Source: Bdellovibrionales bacterium | GTDB lineage: Bacteria; Bdellovibrionota; Bdellovibrionia; Bdellovibrionales; Bdellovibrionaceae | Assembly: GCA_031370005.1 (NCBI GenBank) | Contig: JANMPT010000028.1 | Coordinates: forward strand, 32,001-96,000 | Direction of reading: 5' to 3' | DNA length: 64,000 nt | Shown: in pieces, positions 30,422 to 40,266 of the stretch | Numbering within the stretch: position 1 is the stretch's first letter | Layout of the letters: each line of letters opens with the position of its first letter | The notes under the pieces: model-generated | The model's input: the letters and a program-made list of their open reading frames with translations, nothing else | Told to the model about the DNA's origin: nothing | Database searches by the model: none | Position numbers and translations under genes: made by a program

Positions 30422-32628
30422 CGTTTTTGCGTCTGTGGATTCTTTGGGTTTTAACTCTCACGACCAATATCGCACACGCTGAAAAAATGCGGATCCAAAT
30501 CTGGCACCAAATGATTTATGGACATCGCCAAGTCTTAGCAGAAGCTATTCAAAATTTTGAAAAAGAGAATCCAGATATCACTATTCAAGCAACCTATCGA
30601 GAAACCGAAGAGTTGCGTTCGAGCTATCAAGCTGCTGCCATGGGCGGCAGTGGTCCGGAGCTTGTCTATGGACCTAGTGATCAAATTGGCCCTTTTGCCA
30701 CCATGGGTATCATTCAACCTCTGGATGGAATTTTTGATAAAGAGCACTTTGCAAAATTTGATCCTCTGGCAACTCCACTTTATCAAGATAAGCACTATAT
30801 GCTAGGTGCATTGGTCGGAAATCACCTGATGCTGATCTATAATAAAAAGCTTATCGCCACACCTCCAAAAACAACCGACGAGCTTATCGCGATTGGCAAA
30901 AAATTTACCGTAGATCTAGATGGTGATGGAAAAATCGATCGCTTTGGCCTGGTCTTCAACTATACTGAGCCCTTCTTTATTGCTCCTTTTATCCCTGCTT
31001 TTGGCGATGCCATTATGAAAAATAATGCTCAACCAAATCTGGACACTGAAGGAGTTCGCGGGGCCTTCCAATTTATTTTAGATCTTCGCGATAAGTATAA
31101 AATCATCCCTAAAGAATGCGACTATGAAACTGCCAATGCGCTTTTCAAACAAGGTAAAGCCGCAATGCTCATTAATGGAGATTGGTCCTGGGGCGACTAC
31201 AAAGAAGCCAAAATGGATTTCGGTATAGCCCGCATACCAATGGTTTCACAGACCGGCCGCTGGCCAAGTCCTTTGGTTGGAACTACGGGATATTCTCTGA
31301 ATGTGAACGTCAAAGATCCAGCACGCCTAGCCGCCACGCTGAAGGTTCTGAATTACTTAACCTCTGAAAAAACTCAGCTGCTTTTTACCGAGCGCGTAGC
31401 CGTCTTGCCTTCCCTGCTGTCCCTTCGTGAAAATCCAGCAGTGAAAAACAACCCTTTGCTGCAGGTTTCCTCAGATATTATGACCGTAGGAACTCCTATG
31501 CCAGTGGTTCCTGAAATTCGCGCGGTCTGGGACAGCCTTCGCATTCAGTATCAAAAAATTCTCGCAGGCTCCCTCACCCCAGACCTTGCCGCAAAGGGCG
31601 CACAGGTCATGGCTGAAGCTCAGATCAAAAATATGAACGAAATTGTTCAACCTGATGCCTCCCTTTGGATTATTAAAATCATCGTTTTATTGGGAACAAT
31701 ATGGCTATTATGGGCTTCTCGCTCAGGAGTGATGGGCTTTATCAAAGGCTTCTGGGGACCTCAACGTTTTGTTTATTTCATGATGCTTCCGGCCTTTGTT
31801 GGAATCTTTGCGGTGATCATTTACCCATTCTTCTATAATATAGCAATTTCACTTTCGAACTTCAGCCTGCGCACCTTCCAAGACTGGTCCCTGGTGGGCA
31901 TTCATCACTATGTTGAGGCTCTCACGGAACCGAAATTTTATTCACTATTCCTAAAGACCCTGATCTGGACAATCTCCAATGTCTTTTTCCATGTGACTAT
32001 TGGGGTATTTTTAGCGGTAGTAATTAATCAGGTACTTCCAGTAAAGACCTTCTGGCGAACGCTGTTTATAATTCCGTGGGCGGTGCCACAGTATATTACA
32101 GCACTGACTTGGCGTGGGATGTTCAATCAGGAGTATGGACCAATTAATTTATTCCTTCAGCGATTCCTACATTTATCTCCTGTTCAGTGGTTGAGCCAAC
32201 CCTTCACTGCTTTTGTCGCTTGTATCGTAACAAATGTTTGGCTGGGCTTCCCATTTATGATGATCGTTGCTTTGGGGGGACTTCAATCCATTCCGCAATC
32301 ACTTTATGAAGCGGCCTATCTGGATAAGGCTAATGCCTGGCAAAGATTTCGACATATTACTTTGCCTCTGCTGATGCCCGTGATGGTCCCAGCAATCCTG
32401 CTTGGTTGCATTTGGACTTTCAACAATTTGAATATCATTTGGCTTGTTAGTAATGGCGGCGAACCCGGGGACCAAACCCATATCCTCGTCAGCTATGTTT
32501 ACAAAGCGGCCTTCAATCTCTATCGCTATGGCTATGCGGCCGCCGTTTCAATGTTGATCTTCCTGATTCTGATTGCTTGGAGTCTGGGCTCATTGCGAAC
32601 ACAATTTAAAAAGGAGCAAAAATCATGA
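30418..32628 (+). CDS. malF: Fused maltose-binding protein and MalF permease
   Basis: N-terminal solute-binding domain (GKAAMLINGDW) continuous with a permease carrying LYEAAYLD...RFRHITLP. Confidence 0.92.
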   Translation: MTFLRLWILWVLTLTTNIAHAEKMRIQIWHQMIYGHRQVLAEAIQNFEKENPDITIQATYRETEELRSSYQAAAMGGSGPELVYGPSDQIGPFATMGIIQPLDGIFDKEHFAKFDPLATPLYQDKHYMLGALVGNHLMLIYNKKLIATPPKTTDELIAIGKKFTVDLDGDGKIDRFGLVFNYTEPFFIAPFIPAFGDAIMKNNAQPNLDTEGVRGAFQFILDLRDKYKIIPKECDYETANALFKQGKAAMLINGDWSWGDYKEAKMDFGIARIPMVSQTGRWPSPLVGTTGYSLNVNVKDPARLAATLKVLNYLTSEKTQLLFTERVAVLPSLLSLRENPAVKNNPLLQVSSDIMTVGTPMPVVPEIRAVWDSLRIQYQKILAGSLTPDLAAKGAQVMAEAQIKNMNEIVQPDASLWIIKIIVLLGTIWLLWASRSGVMGFIKGFWGPQRFVYFMMLPAFVGIFAVIIYPFFYNIAISLSNFSLRTFQDWSLVGIHHYVEALTEPKFYSLFLKTLIWTISNVFFHVTIGVFLAVVINQVLPVKTFWRTLFIIPWAVPQYITALTWRGMFNQEYGPINLFLQRFLHLSPVQWLSQPFTAFVACIVTNVWLGFPFMMIVALGGLQSIPQSLYEAAYLDKANAWQRFRHITLPLLMPVMVPAILLGCIWTFNNLNIIWLVSNGGEPGDQTHILVSYVYKAAFNLYRYGYAAAVSMLIFLILIAWSLGSLRTQFKKEQKS

Positions 32629-33443
32629 TCAAGAAACTTCTTGCATGGTTGGGCGCCCTGCTTTTTGCGATTTTTTCGATTTACCCTATGCTTTATGTTT
32701 TGGGAGTCTCCCTGCGCGGAGATAACGCCTTTCAGTCCCAGACCCTTGAGATCATCACATCAACATCCACAGTGAAAAATTTTATTAGCCTCTTTACTCA
32801 AACCGATTTTTTAATGTGGATGCGAAACTCACTCTTAGTGGCAACAGTAACTACCTTCTTGGGAGTGGCTTTTGCTTCGACCAGTGCTTACGCACTTTCT
32901 AGATTTCAATTCCGAGGCCGCAATATGATGCTGTTCTCGCTACTGGCAACCCAAATGTTTCCACCCACGATGTTGATTCTGCCTTTTTATATTATCCTTT
33001 CAAAGCTGCACTTGATTGACAGTTTCTTTGGGCTCTTTCTAATCTATTCCTCAACAGCATTGCCCTTTTGCGTTTGGCAAATGAAAGCCTACTACGACAC
33101 AATCCCAAAAGAACTTGAAGAAGCCGCTGTTTTAGACGGCTGCTCGCGCTGGTTAACATTTTATAAAATCATACTTCCCGTGTCAGCACCCGCGCTTGTG
33201 ATCACGGCACTTTTTAGCTTTATGGCCAGCTGGAGTGAGTACGTGATTGCGGCCGTAGTTTTGCAAGACCCTCAGATGTATACACTTCCATTGGGTCTTC
33301 GCTCCTTTCAAGCAAGTCTCGCCACTCAGTGGGGACTTTATGCCGCAGGAGCCTTGATTGTAAGTATTCCTGTCTTAGTTTTATTTATTAGTATTTCACG
33401 TTATTTGGTTTCGGGCCTAACGATAGGAAGCGTGAAAGGATAA
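32625..33443 (+). CDS. malG: Maltose ABC permease
   Basis: ELEEAAVLDG, C-terminal GSVKG. Confidence 0.93.
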   Translation: MIKKLLAWLGALLFAIFSIYPMLYVLGVSLRGDNAFQSQTLEIITSTSTVKNFISLFTQTDFLMWMRNSLLVATVTTFLGVAFASTSAYALSRFQFRGRNMMLFSLLATQMFPPTMLILPFYIILSKLHLIDSFFGLFLIYSSTALPFCVWQMKAYYDTIPKELEEAAVLDGCSRWLTFYKIILPVSAPALVITALFSFMASWSEYVIAAVVLQDPQMYTLPLGLRSFQASLATQWGLYAAGALIVSIPVLVLFISISRYLVSGLTIGSVKG

Positions 33444-33445
33444 TT

Positions 33446-34498
33446 ATGACTCATATCGAATTCTCTCAAATCACAAAAAGCTTTAAAGACAATCATATCC
33501 TTAAGGGAATTGATCTTGAAATCTCCGCCGGAGAATTTCTAGTCTTGGTCGGTCCTTCGGGTTGTGGCAAATCCACTCTTCTGCGCACTTTGGCTGGGCT
33601 TGAAAAAATGGATGGTGGTGACATTAAGGTAAATGGAAAATCCATTAAAAACATAGAGCCGCAGAACCGCGATGTGGCCATGGTTTTTCAAAATTATGCG
33701 CTTTATCCGCATATGAATGTGGCTGAAAACATGGGCTTTGCCATGAAGCTGCAAAAGCGCAGTGCCAGCGAAATCCATACTCGTGTAAAAGAAATCGCTC
33801 AGCTTTTGCAAATTGATCATCTCTTAGAAAGAAAACCCAAAGAACTTTCAGGCGGTCAACGTCAACGTGTGGCCCTGGGCCGCGCCCTGGCTCGCCAGAC
33901 CTCCATCATTCTTTTTGATGAGCCCCTTTCAAATTTAGACGCTTACCTGCGTAGTCAAATGCGGATCGAGATCAAGCGTCTTCATCAGGCTGTAAAAAGC
34001 ACCATGATCTATGTAACCCATGATCAAATGGAAGCCACCACCATGGGTGACCGTATTGCCGTTTTGAAAGATGGTCAAATCGAGCAAATCGGCACACCAA
34101 CAGAAATCTACCATCGCCCTAAAAATCTTTTCATTGCGAGTTTTATTGGCTCCCCTGAAATGAACTTTATGGAGGGCTCTCTTGTGCAAAAACTTCCATG
34201 GCCTGAGGCTCAAAAACCCGGACAAATTCTCGGGGTTCGTCCTGAGGTCTTTAAAATCAGCCAAGGAAGCCTTAAAACCAGTGAGTTGGAGCTCGGCAGC
34301 TTCCAAGTTGAGCTTTCTGAAAACCTCGGTGGCCAACAGATGCTCCACGGTCGAATTGAGGGCCAAAGCATCAGAATCTTTGCTGACTCTACGGAGTTTT
34401 TTAGCAAGGACCAAAAAATTTCTGTGAAGATTGACCTGACAAAATCGCACTTATTTGATAAAAAGACTGGGCTCAATCAAAGACTTCTGGGAGCCTAA
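33446..34498 (+). CDS. malK: Maltose ABC ATPase
   Basis: GPSGCGKST, LSGGQRQR, DEPLSNLD. Confidence 0.94.
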   Translation: MTHIEFSQITKSFKDNHILKGIDLEISAGEFLVLVGPSGCGKSTLLRTLAGLEKMDGGDIKVNGKSIKNIEPQNRDVAMVFQNYALYPHMNVAENMGFAMKLQKRSASEIHTRVKEIAQLLQIDHLLERKPKELSGGQRQRVALGRALARQTSIILFDEPLSNLDAYLRSQMRIEIKRLHQAVKSTMIYVTHDQMEATTMGDRIAVLKDGQIEQIGTPTEIYHRPKNLFIASFIGSPEMNFMEGSLVQKLPWPEAQKPGQILGVRPEVFKISQGSLKTSELELGSFQVELSENLGGQQMLHGRIEGQSIRIFADSTEFFSKDQKISVKIDLTKSHLFDKKTGLNQRLLGA

Positions 34499-35893
34499 AT
34501 GTCTTTTCGTTGGATTGTGAAATTATTAGGACCTATGTTGCTGCTAGGGACACTGCAGCTTCAGGCTAGCTCCCGCACCGCCTTCGTTCATCTTTTTGAA
34601 TGGCCCTGGAACGACATCGCCCTAGAATGCGAGAACTCCTTAGGCCCTGCAGGATTTTCTGCAGTCCAAGTTTCCCCTCCACAAGAGCATATCCACTGGA
34701 AAAACAATCCATGGTGGGAGCGCTACCAAGTTGTTAGCTATAAGTTAGACTCTCGCAGCGGTAACGAAGCTGATTTTGCAAAAATGGTTCAACGCTGTCA
34801 TAAAGCCGGAGTCGCTATCTATGTTGATGCCGTTTTAAATCACATGACTGGAATCCCCGGAGGTATTGGCTCTGGCGGCACCTCATTTAGTCATTATAAA
34901 TATCCGGGCCTTTATTCCTACACAGACTTTAATCACTGCGGCCGCAATGGCAATGATGATATCGTTAATTTCAGTGATCGCTATGAACTTCAGAATTGTG
35001 AGCTGCTGGATCTTGCCGATCTTGCAACCGGATCTGAAAAAGTCCGTAGTACTCTGGCAAATTATCTAAATCATCTTTTAGATCTTGGCGTTGATGGCTT
35101 TAGAATTGATGCCGCCAAACATATTCCAGCAACGGACTTGGCTGCAATCAAATCAAAACTTAAAAGATCCGCTTATATATACCAAGAAATTATCTATGAC
35201 CCCAATGGTCCGATTCAGTACAGTGAATACTTCCCCGTGGGCGATGTCATGGCTTATGACTACCCTCGCATAATCGCCAGTGGCTTTCAGGATAAAAATA
35301 CGAATACGCTCTTGCACATTGCTGATGGATTTCCCCCGAACGATAAGGCCATCGTTTTTATCACCAACCATGATCTAGAGCGCGGCAGTGATGTTCTTAG
35401 CTACAACACCAACCAACAAGGCCTCTATCGCCTGGCTCAAATCTTTATGTTGGCATGGCCCTATGGTTATCCTCAACTCTACTCTGGCTATCAGTTCAAT
35501 GATAGGGAGGCCGGCCCACCCCTCAGCCCTAATCTTAAAACCTTAAGTGTTTTTGATTCTAAAAACCAATGCCGAGCACCTTGGACCTGTGAACACCGTC
35601 TGCCTGAAATCGCGCCCATGTTAGACTTCCGCAAACAAACAGAGAAATCCCCTCAAGTAGACCAATGGTGGAGCAATGGCCGAGATCTTTTGGCATTTAG
35701 CCGCAGCACTTCCGGCTTCGTTGTTATCAACTCCTCACAAAACGCAATCACACGAAATTTTTCTACCAGTATGAATTCTGGCTCTTACTGTAATATTCTA
35801 GATGCGAATTGTAGCCAGAAATTCAATGTGCAAAATGGCTTTGTCAGTGTGACGATTCAACCTTTGTCTGCAGTTGTGCTTTTAAAAAAATAA
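34499..35893 (+). CDS. Secreted alpha-amylase (GH13)
   Basis: VHLFEW, WWERYQ, GFRIDAAKH, NHD, CEHR. Confidence 0.93.
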   Translation: MSFRWIVKLLGPMLLLGTLQLQASSRTAFVHLFEWPWNDIALECENSLGPAGFSAVQVSPPQEHIHWKNNPWWERYQVVSYKLDSRSGNEADFAKMVQRCHKAGVAIYVDAVLNHMTGIPGGIGSGGTSFSHYKYPGLYSYTDFNHCGRNGNDDIVNFSDRYELQNCELLDLADLATGSEKVRSTLANYLNHLLDLGVDGFRIDAAKHIPATDLAAIKSKLKRSAYIYQEIIYDPNGPIQYSEYFPVGDVMAYDYPRIIASGFQDKNTNTLLHIADGFPPNDKAIVFITNHDLERGSDVLSYNTNQQGLYRLAQIFMLAWPYGYPQLYSGYQFNDREAGPPLSPNLKTLSVFDSKNQCRAPWTCEHRLPEIAPMLDFRKQTEKSPQVDQWWSNGRDLLAFSRSTSGFVVINSSQNAITRNFSTSMNSGSYCNILDANCSQKFNVQNGFVSVTIQPLSAVVLLKK

Positions 35894-35896
35894 TAT

Positions 35897-36856
35897 ATGA
35901 AAAAAATGACCTATACCATTGGCTTTGATCTTGGCGGAACTAAACTTGCCGCTGCACTTTTAAATAACAAGGGAGAATCTCTCGACTTCATCAAGGTACC
36001 TGTTGATATGAAGCGCGAAGGCTCTGCCACAAAAACTCAAAAAAGAGTGATCAGTCTAATGACTGACATCGCCATGGATTTGAAAAACCGCTTCCCCAAA
36101 GAAACTACAGGCAAGACCTTCCTGGGAGTTGGCCTCGCCAGTGCGGGTCCATTAAATACCGAAGAGGGCAAACTGACTTATCCAGTGAACTATCCCGGCT
36201 GGAAGATTGTCCCGATTCGCGATCTCTTGCAAAAGGATATTCTGAATCGTGGTTTTAAAACCAAGGTCTTCTTCCAACATGATGCCACCGCCGCAGCACT
36301 TGCTGAGGGCTGGGTCGGAGGAGCTAAGAGCATGGCTTCCTATGCCGTTGTCAGCATTGGCACTGGCGTGGGATCTGGAGTGATCTTCAACGGACTTCCA
36401 GTACAAAACCGCGGGCGTGGTTCTGAGTACGGCCACACCATCGTCGATTATAAAAAACTTCAGGAAAATCCAACAAAACTTCACCACTGCACGGTGGAGG
36501 GCGTGGCCTCAGGCACAGGTCTTCTTCGTCGTGCGAAAGAAATGGGCTTCAACGGAGGCTCCGTCGAGGAGCTTATTGCTTCGCCAGAAGAAAAGTACAA
36601 AGTACTTTATAAGGATATGTCCTGGGCCTTGGCTTGTCTTTGCTATGACCTTTCCATTGGTTATAACTTAGAGAGAATCTTTTTGAGCGGTGGATTGATT
36701 AAAATCAAAAGTCTTTATATCGCGGATCTTCAATCACACTACAAAAATATGATTCGTCAAATGAATCCAGACTTTGAGTGTAAAATTGAAATCGCAAAAA
36801 CCAAAAACACCGCCGGCGTTCTTGGCGCGGGATATTTACCCTATCTCTATGGCTAA
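35897..36856 (+). CDS. ROK-family sugar kinase (glucokinase-like)
   Basis: DLGGTK, DATAAALAE, GTGVGSG, EYGH. Confidence 0.88.
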   Translation: MKKMTYTIGFDLGGTKLAAALLNNKGESLDFIKVPVDMKREGSATKTQKRVISLMTDIAMDLKNRFPKETTGKTFLGVGLASAGPLNTEEGKLTYPVNYPGWKIVPIRDLLQKDILNRGFKTKVFFQHDATAAALAEGWVGGAKSMASYAVVSIGTGVGSGVIFNGLPVQNRGRGSEYGHTIVDYKKLQENPTKLHHCTVEGVASGTGLLRRAKEMGFNGGSVEELIASPEEKYKVLYKDMSWALACLCYDLSIGYNLERIFLSGGLIKIKSLYIADLQSHYKNMIRQMNPDFECKIEIAKTKNTAGVLGAGYLPYLYG

Positions 36857-37995
36857 AAGTGATAAACCAGGAAACCCATATGGCGATTTTCCCCCTCAAT
36901 ACCTGAACCATAGTCTTTGATTTCGCTGCGATTTACGTGATGCTCAAAAGCAAACTTCACAGAGAAATTTTTTGTTAGCTGGTAAGAGACAAAAACCTCA
37001 GTCAGCAGACGAGAATCCGTAATCCGCGAGCTATCTGTAATTGCCGTTTGGTAAGATGTGCCTTTGTTGATAAAGTTCAAATCACGTTGAGTAATGGAAG
37101 CTCCAGAGTTCCAACGGCCGTACTCCACAATCACTTGCCCACGACTGGTCATTCCTGCTGCGTAATAATAATCTTGATTTTGTAAAACTGTTGACCAGCC
37201 TTGTTTGCCAGTTTCCCCAATGTACTTGTCGACAATATAAGTGGGGCGAACCATTGCCACATCACCATAGACATCCACAGTGGCAATCACTCTAAATCCG
37301 CCTCCATAATAGCTTAACTGCATCGTACCACCATGCACATTGATGATTCCAATGAAGTCACCCTTGTCGCCATTTTTCTGAGAATGATTGCCGAACTCAA
37401 TGGCACTTGCCGGACCGATATAGAGATTATATCCCTTCAATTGAGCTTCTTCATCTAGGTCTGAACTTTTCTCATGGTAGGCAGCGAGGGCTGTTTTCGC
37501 AAACAAAAAAAAGTCACTGGGCCCCCCTCCTGAAACTGTAGTTTTTGAAATTGCCTCCGAGAAATCCGAATCAGCTACAAGCTCTTGCGCCCGACTGTGA
37601 GAGCCTGCTGAAGGGTGCTCAATAAAATACTTCACGGCATTTGCTAAAGGTTGTGTAGCCTCTTGGCTGGTCGGTGCAGCCAAATCCACCACCCGCAAAA
37701 TATGCTCACCAGAATTCGTTTCACGCAGTTCAACTTGGTAGCGAATGTCACCGCGTTGTTTAATCTTTTGCACATCAGGATTGATCATTTCATTGTCACG
37801 AAGCCAAACGCAGTGAAGATTCACTTTTTGGGAAAATGAAAGAGCCACAGATCTCTGAAGCTTGAGGCAAGCCTCCTTCGCCCAGTCTTCTTTGGCTCCA
37901 TCTTTTCCCACAAGCCCAATAACCGTGAGCTCTGCAGGGGGGACCTGAGCAAAAACCGACATGCCCAAAAAAAATACGGTGAAAATGAAGTTCAT
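36853..37995 (-). CDS. Secreted / outer-membrane beta-barrel-like hypothetical protein
   Basis: Signal peptide, amphipathic strands, terminal YHF. Confidence 0.65.
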   Translation of the reverse strand: MNFIFTVFFLGMSVFAQVPPAELTVIGLVGKDGAKEDWAKEACLKLQRSVALSFSQKVNLHCVWLRDNEMINPDVQKIKQRGDIRYQVELRETNSGEHILRVVDLAAPTSQEATQPLANAVKYFIEHPSAGSHSRAQELVADSDFSEAISKTTVSGGGPSDFFLFAKTALAAYHEKSSDLDEEAQLKGYNLYIGPASAIEFGNHSQKNGDKGDFIGIINVHGGTMQLSYYGGGFRVIATVDVYGDVAMVRPTYIVDKYIGETGKQGWSTVLQNQDYYYAAGMTSRGQVIVEYGRWNSGASITQRDLNFINKGTSYQTAITDSSRITDSRLLTEVFVSYQLTKNFSVKFAFEHHVNRSEIKDYGSGIEGENRHMGFLVYHF

Positions 37996-38036
37996 AAACC
38001 CCTTAGAGTTGAGACTTAGGCTCTAAGGAGAGTTAC

Positions 38037-38052
38037 TGCAGAGCTTGTGCCA
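38037..38052 (-). promoter_or_regulatory. Sigma54 (-24/-12) promoter
   Basis: TGGCACAAGCTCTGCA (GG-N10-GC) about 40 nt upstream of the ORF at 37995. Confidence 0.65.
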
Positions 38053-38133
38053 AGTCTTCCAAGCGTCAGTAGGAGTTGGCGTCTTAATTTTTAACATGCC
38101 CGTGACGCTTTTTGACCGCGGACAGGGGGTCTC

Positions 38134-38269
38134 AGCATTTGGATCTTCGATCAAGATACTGAATGCTCTGCAGGCAAGAGGCCTGCTTAGTCTCCGAAGT
38201 CCTTGTTAATACCCAACAAAACTCATTATTTGTCATTGAAATTAATTGCAGAGCTGGTCAATGTTGGAA
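38134..38269 (+). mobile_element. Deleted derivative of the HUH element (structured end plus a 25-bp coding scrap)
   Basis: 38134-38231 matches the reverse complement of 4735-4832. 38245-38269 (attgcagagctggtcaatgttggaa) is identical to the reverse complement of 4404-4428. Confidence 0.8.
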
Positions 38270-38355
38270 TCCCCATCAATTTTCACCATTTCTTCAGGAT
38301 TCAAAACTGGAAACAGTATTTTTGCCGGGGCCTCTTTTGGATATAGATTTTGAAG

Positions 38356-38628
38356 CTAGCCAGCTTTTTTCCTAATGGTGCTTTCAATTAAAATACGAAC
38401 ATATTTTTGAACACCCAAGCCTGATTGTTCAGCTTGTTTTTTAATTTCTTTTAAAAGCTTTTCGCTGAGCCTTACAGACAAGACTTTATCTTTCTTCTCT
38501 CTAAGCTCAAATTTTACAGCTTGCCAGCCACCCTCAGCTATAAAATCACTAAGGTCTCCAGCTAATGGGTCGTCAATATCATCAACAACTTTATTCATTT
38601 TCTTTGATTTTTTTGACTTCTCTTTCAT
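38356..38628 (-). CDS. brnA: BrnA/CopG-like antitoxin
   Basis: LSVRLSEKLLKEIKKQA..G..QKYVR (RHH-type); overlaps the brnT gene. Confidence 0.8.
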   Translation of the reverse strand: MKEKSKKSKKMNKVVDDIDDPLAGDLSDFIAEGGWQAVKFELREKKDKVLSVRLSEKLLKEIKKQAEQSGLGVQKYVRILIESTIRKKAG

Positions 38629-38917
38629 AAGCCTCTTCCTCTTTTTTATGAGTGTATCTAGCACTAATTGGACGAATTAACCTTTCATCGCCTTTAACCC
38701 TGACTGTGAAAGCTACAAGCAAACATCTCTTAGGGTCTTGGGTGTAGCCCATTGCCAAGAGCCTCTCTTCGCTAAATGAATGCCTGAGGTCTTCCTTAAT
38801 CAAAAGTTCCTGTTTAAAGAAATCCTCAAGAGTTTCCAGTGGAACTCTAGCCTCTATTTTGGCTGTATTTCCATCGTCCCAGTCTAATCCATCATATTCT
38901 AGTGTTGATAATCTCAT
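38591..38917 (-). CDS. brnT: BrnT RNase toxin
   Basis: DWDDGN, EER..AMG, VAFTVR, IRPISAR..KKE. Confidence 0.9.
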   Translation of the reverse strand: MRLSTLEYDGLDWDDGNTAKIEARVPLETLEDFFKQELLIKEDLRHSFSEERLLAMGYTQDPKRCLLVAFTVRVKGDERLIRPISARYTHKKEEEAYEREVKKIKENE

Positions 38918-39057
38918 AGTTGCTGTTTGTCAATATAGCACATTTGTAATTAAATTGTAATACATTTTTATATACATTCGTATATCTTTAATTTGACTAT
39001 GGGATTTAACATAATAATCTTTTGCCCAAATAGCTCACACAGACCAGGACGTTTTCC

Positions 39058-40266
39058 CTAAACTCCGGTGGATTGAATGAAGGTGGATTTATCAACTAAT
39101 GTATTGTCGCCGAGCTCACCGCCCCAATTAACTCCAGTGGCGAAAACTAAGCCATCTGATCTCAGGGCAGTGGTGTCATACCATCCACCCGCAATCGTTG
39201 CCACATTTGAAACGCCTAAGGCTTGCACAAAAGTTGACTTGCCAACTATTGTATTATCGCCGAGCTGGCCGTGGGAGTTTGCCCCGCAGGCAAAAACCAA
39301 ACCATCGGATCTCAAGGCGATCGTGTGACCAATTCCCGCAGCCACCGCCACCGCATTTGAAATTCCTAAGGCCTGTACGAAACTTGATTTATTGACTAGC
39401 GTATTATCCCCAAGCTGGCCGCTTGTATTTTGCCCCGTAGCAAAGACCAAACCATCAGCTCTCAAGGCGACCGTGTGGTAAAATCCGCAGGCAAGCGCCA
39501 CCGCATTTGAAATTCCCAGAGCCTGTACGTAAGTTAATTTGCCAGTAACTGTATTGTCCCCAAGCTGGCCCATGGAGTTATATCCACAAGCAAAGACCAA
39601 ACCATCGGACCTCAAGCTCACTGCGTGTCGTTTCCCAGCTGCGGCCGCCACCGCATTTGAAATTCCTAAGGCCTGTACGAAAGTTGATTTGGCAACCCCT
39701 GTTCCATCCCCAAGTTCACCGTCCACATTGTAACCAGCGGCAAAAACCAAACCGTCTGATCTCACCGCTATAGTATTACTCCCACCGCCAGCAATCGAGG
39801 CCACGCCCGAAACACCCAAGGCTTGCACGTAAGTTGATTTATCAACTATTGTATTATCCCCGAGTTGACCATAGCCATTTTGCCCAGTGGTAAATACCAA
39901 GCCATCAGATCTCAGTGCTATTGTGTGACGATAGCCACAGGCCACCGCGGTTGCACTGGAAACACCCAGGGCTTGCACATAAGTTAATTTATCTACTATT
40001 GTAGTATCGCCAAGCTGGCCCTTGCCATTATAGCCACAGGCAAAAACCAAACCGTCGGATCTCAAGGCAACTGCGAAATCTCCTCCAAAAGCCATCGTCG
40101 GCGACTTTCGCCATGCAACCCGATTGGGCAAACGACCGTGGCCCGTTACTGTTGTGATCGGGCCGAGTTTTTGCCAGGTTTGCGCTAAGGCCGGCTGAAG
40201 CTTTCCAAAAAAAGCTTCAGCTGCGCCAGCCATCCCTGCGAATTTTAGAAATTTTCGGCGATCCAC
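39058..40266 (-). CDS. Tat-exported RCC1/BLIP-II-like 7-bladed beta-propeller
   Basis: DRRKFLK twin-arginine signal and seven ~50-aa repeats (ALRSDGLVFACGxNxxGQLGD). The GTG start abuts the upstream stop codon. Confidence 0.92.
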   Translation of the reverse strand: MDRRKFLKFAGMAGAAEAFFGKLQPALAQTWQKLGPITTVTGHGRLPNRVAWRKSPTMAFGGDFAVALRSDGLVFACGYNGKGQLGDTTIVDKLTYVQALGVSSATAVACGYRHTIALRSDGLVFTTGQNGYGQLGDNTIVDKSTYVQALGVSGVASIAGGGSNTIAVRSDGLVFAAGYNVDGELGDGTGVAKSTFVQALGISNAVAAAAGKRHAVSLRSDGLVFACGYNSMGQLGDNTVTGKLTYVQALGISNAVALACGFYHTVALRADGLVFATGQNTSGQLGDNTLVNKSSFVQALGISNAVAVAAGIGHTIALRSDGLVFACGANSHGQLGDNTIVGKSTFVQALGVSNVATIAGGWYDTTALRSDGLVFATGVNWGGELGDNTLVDKSTFIQSTGV

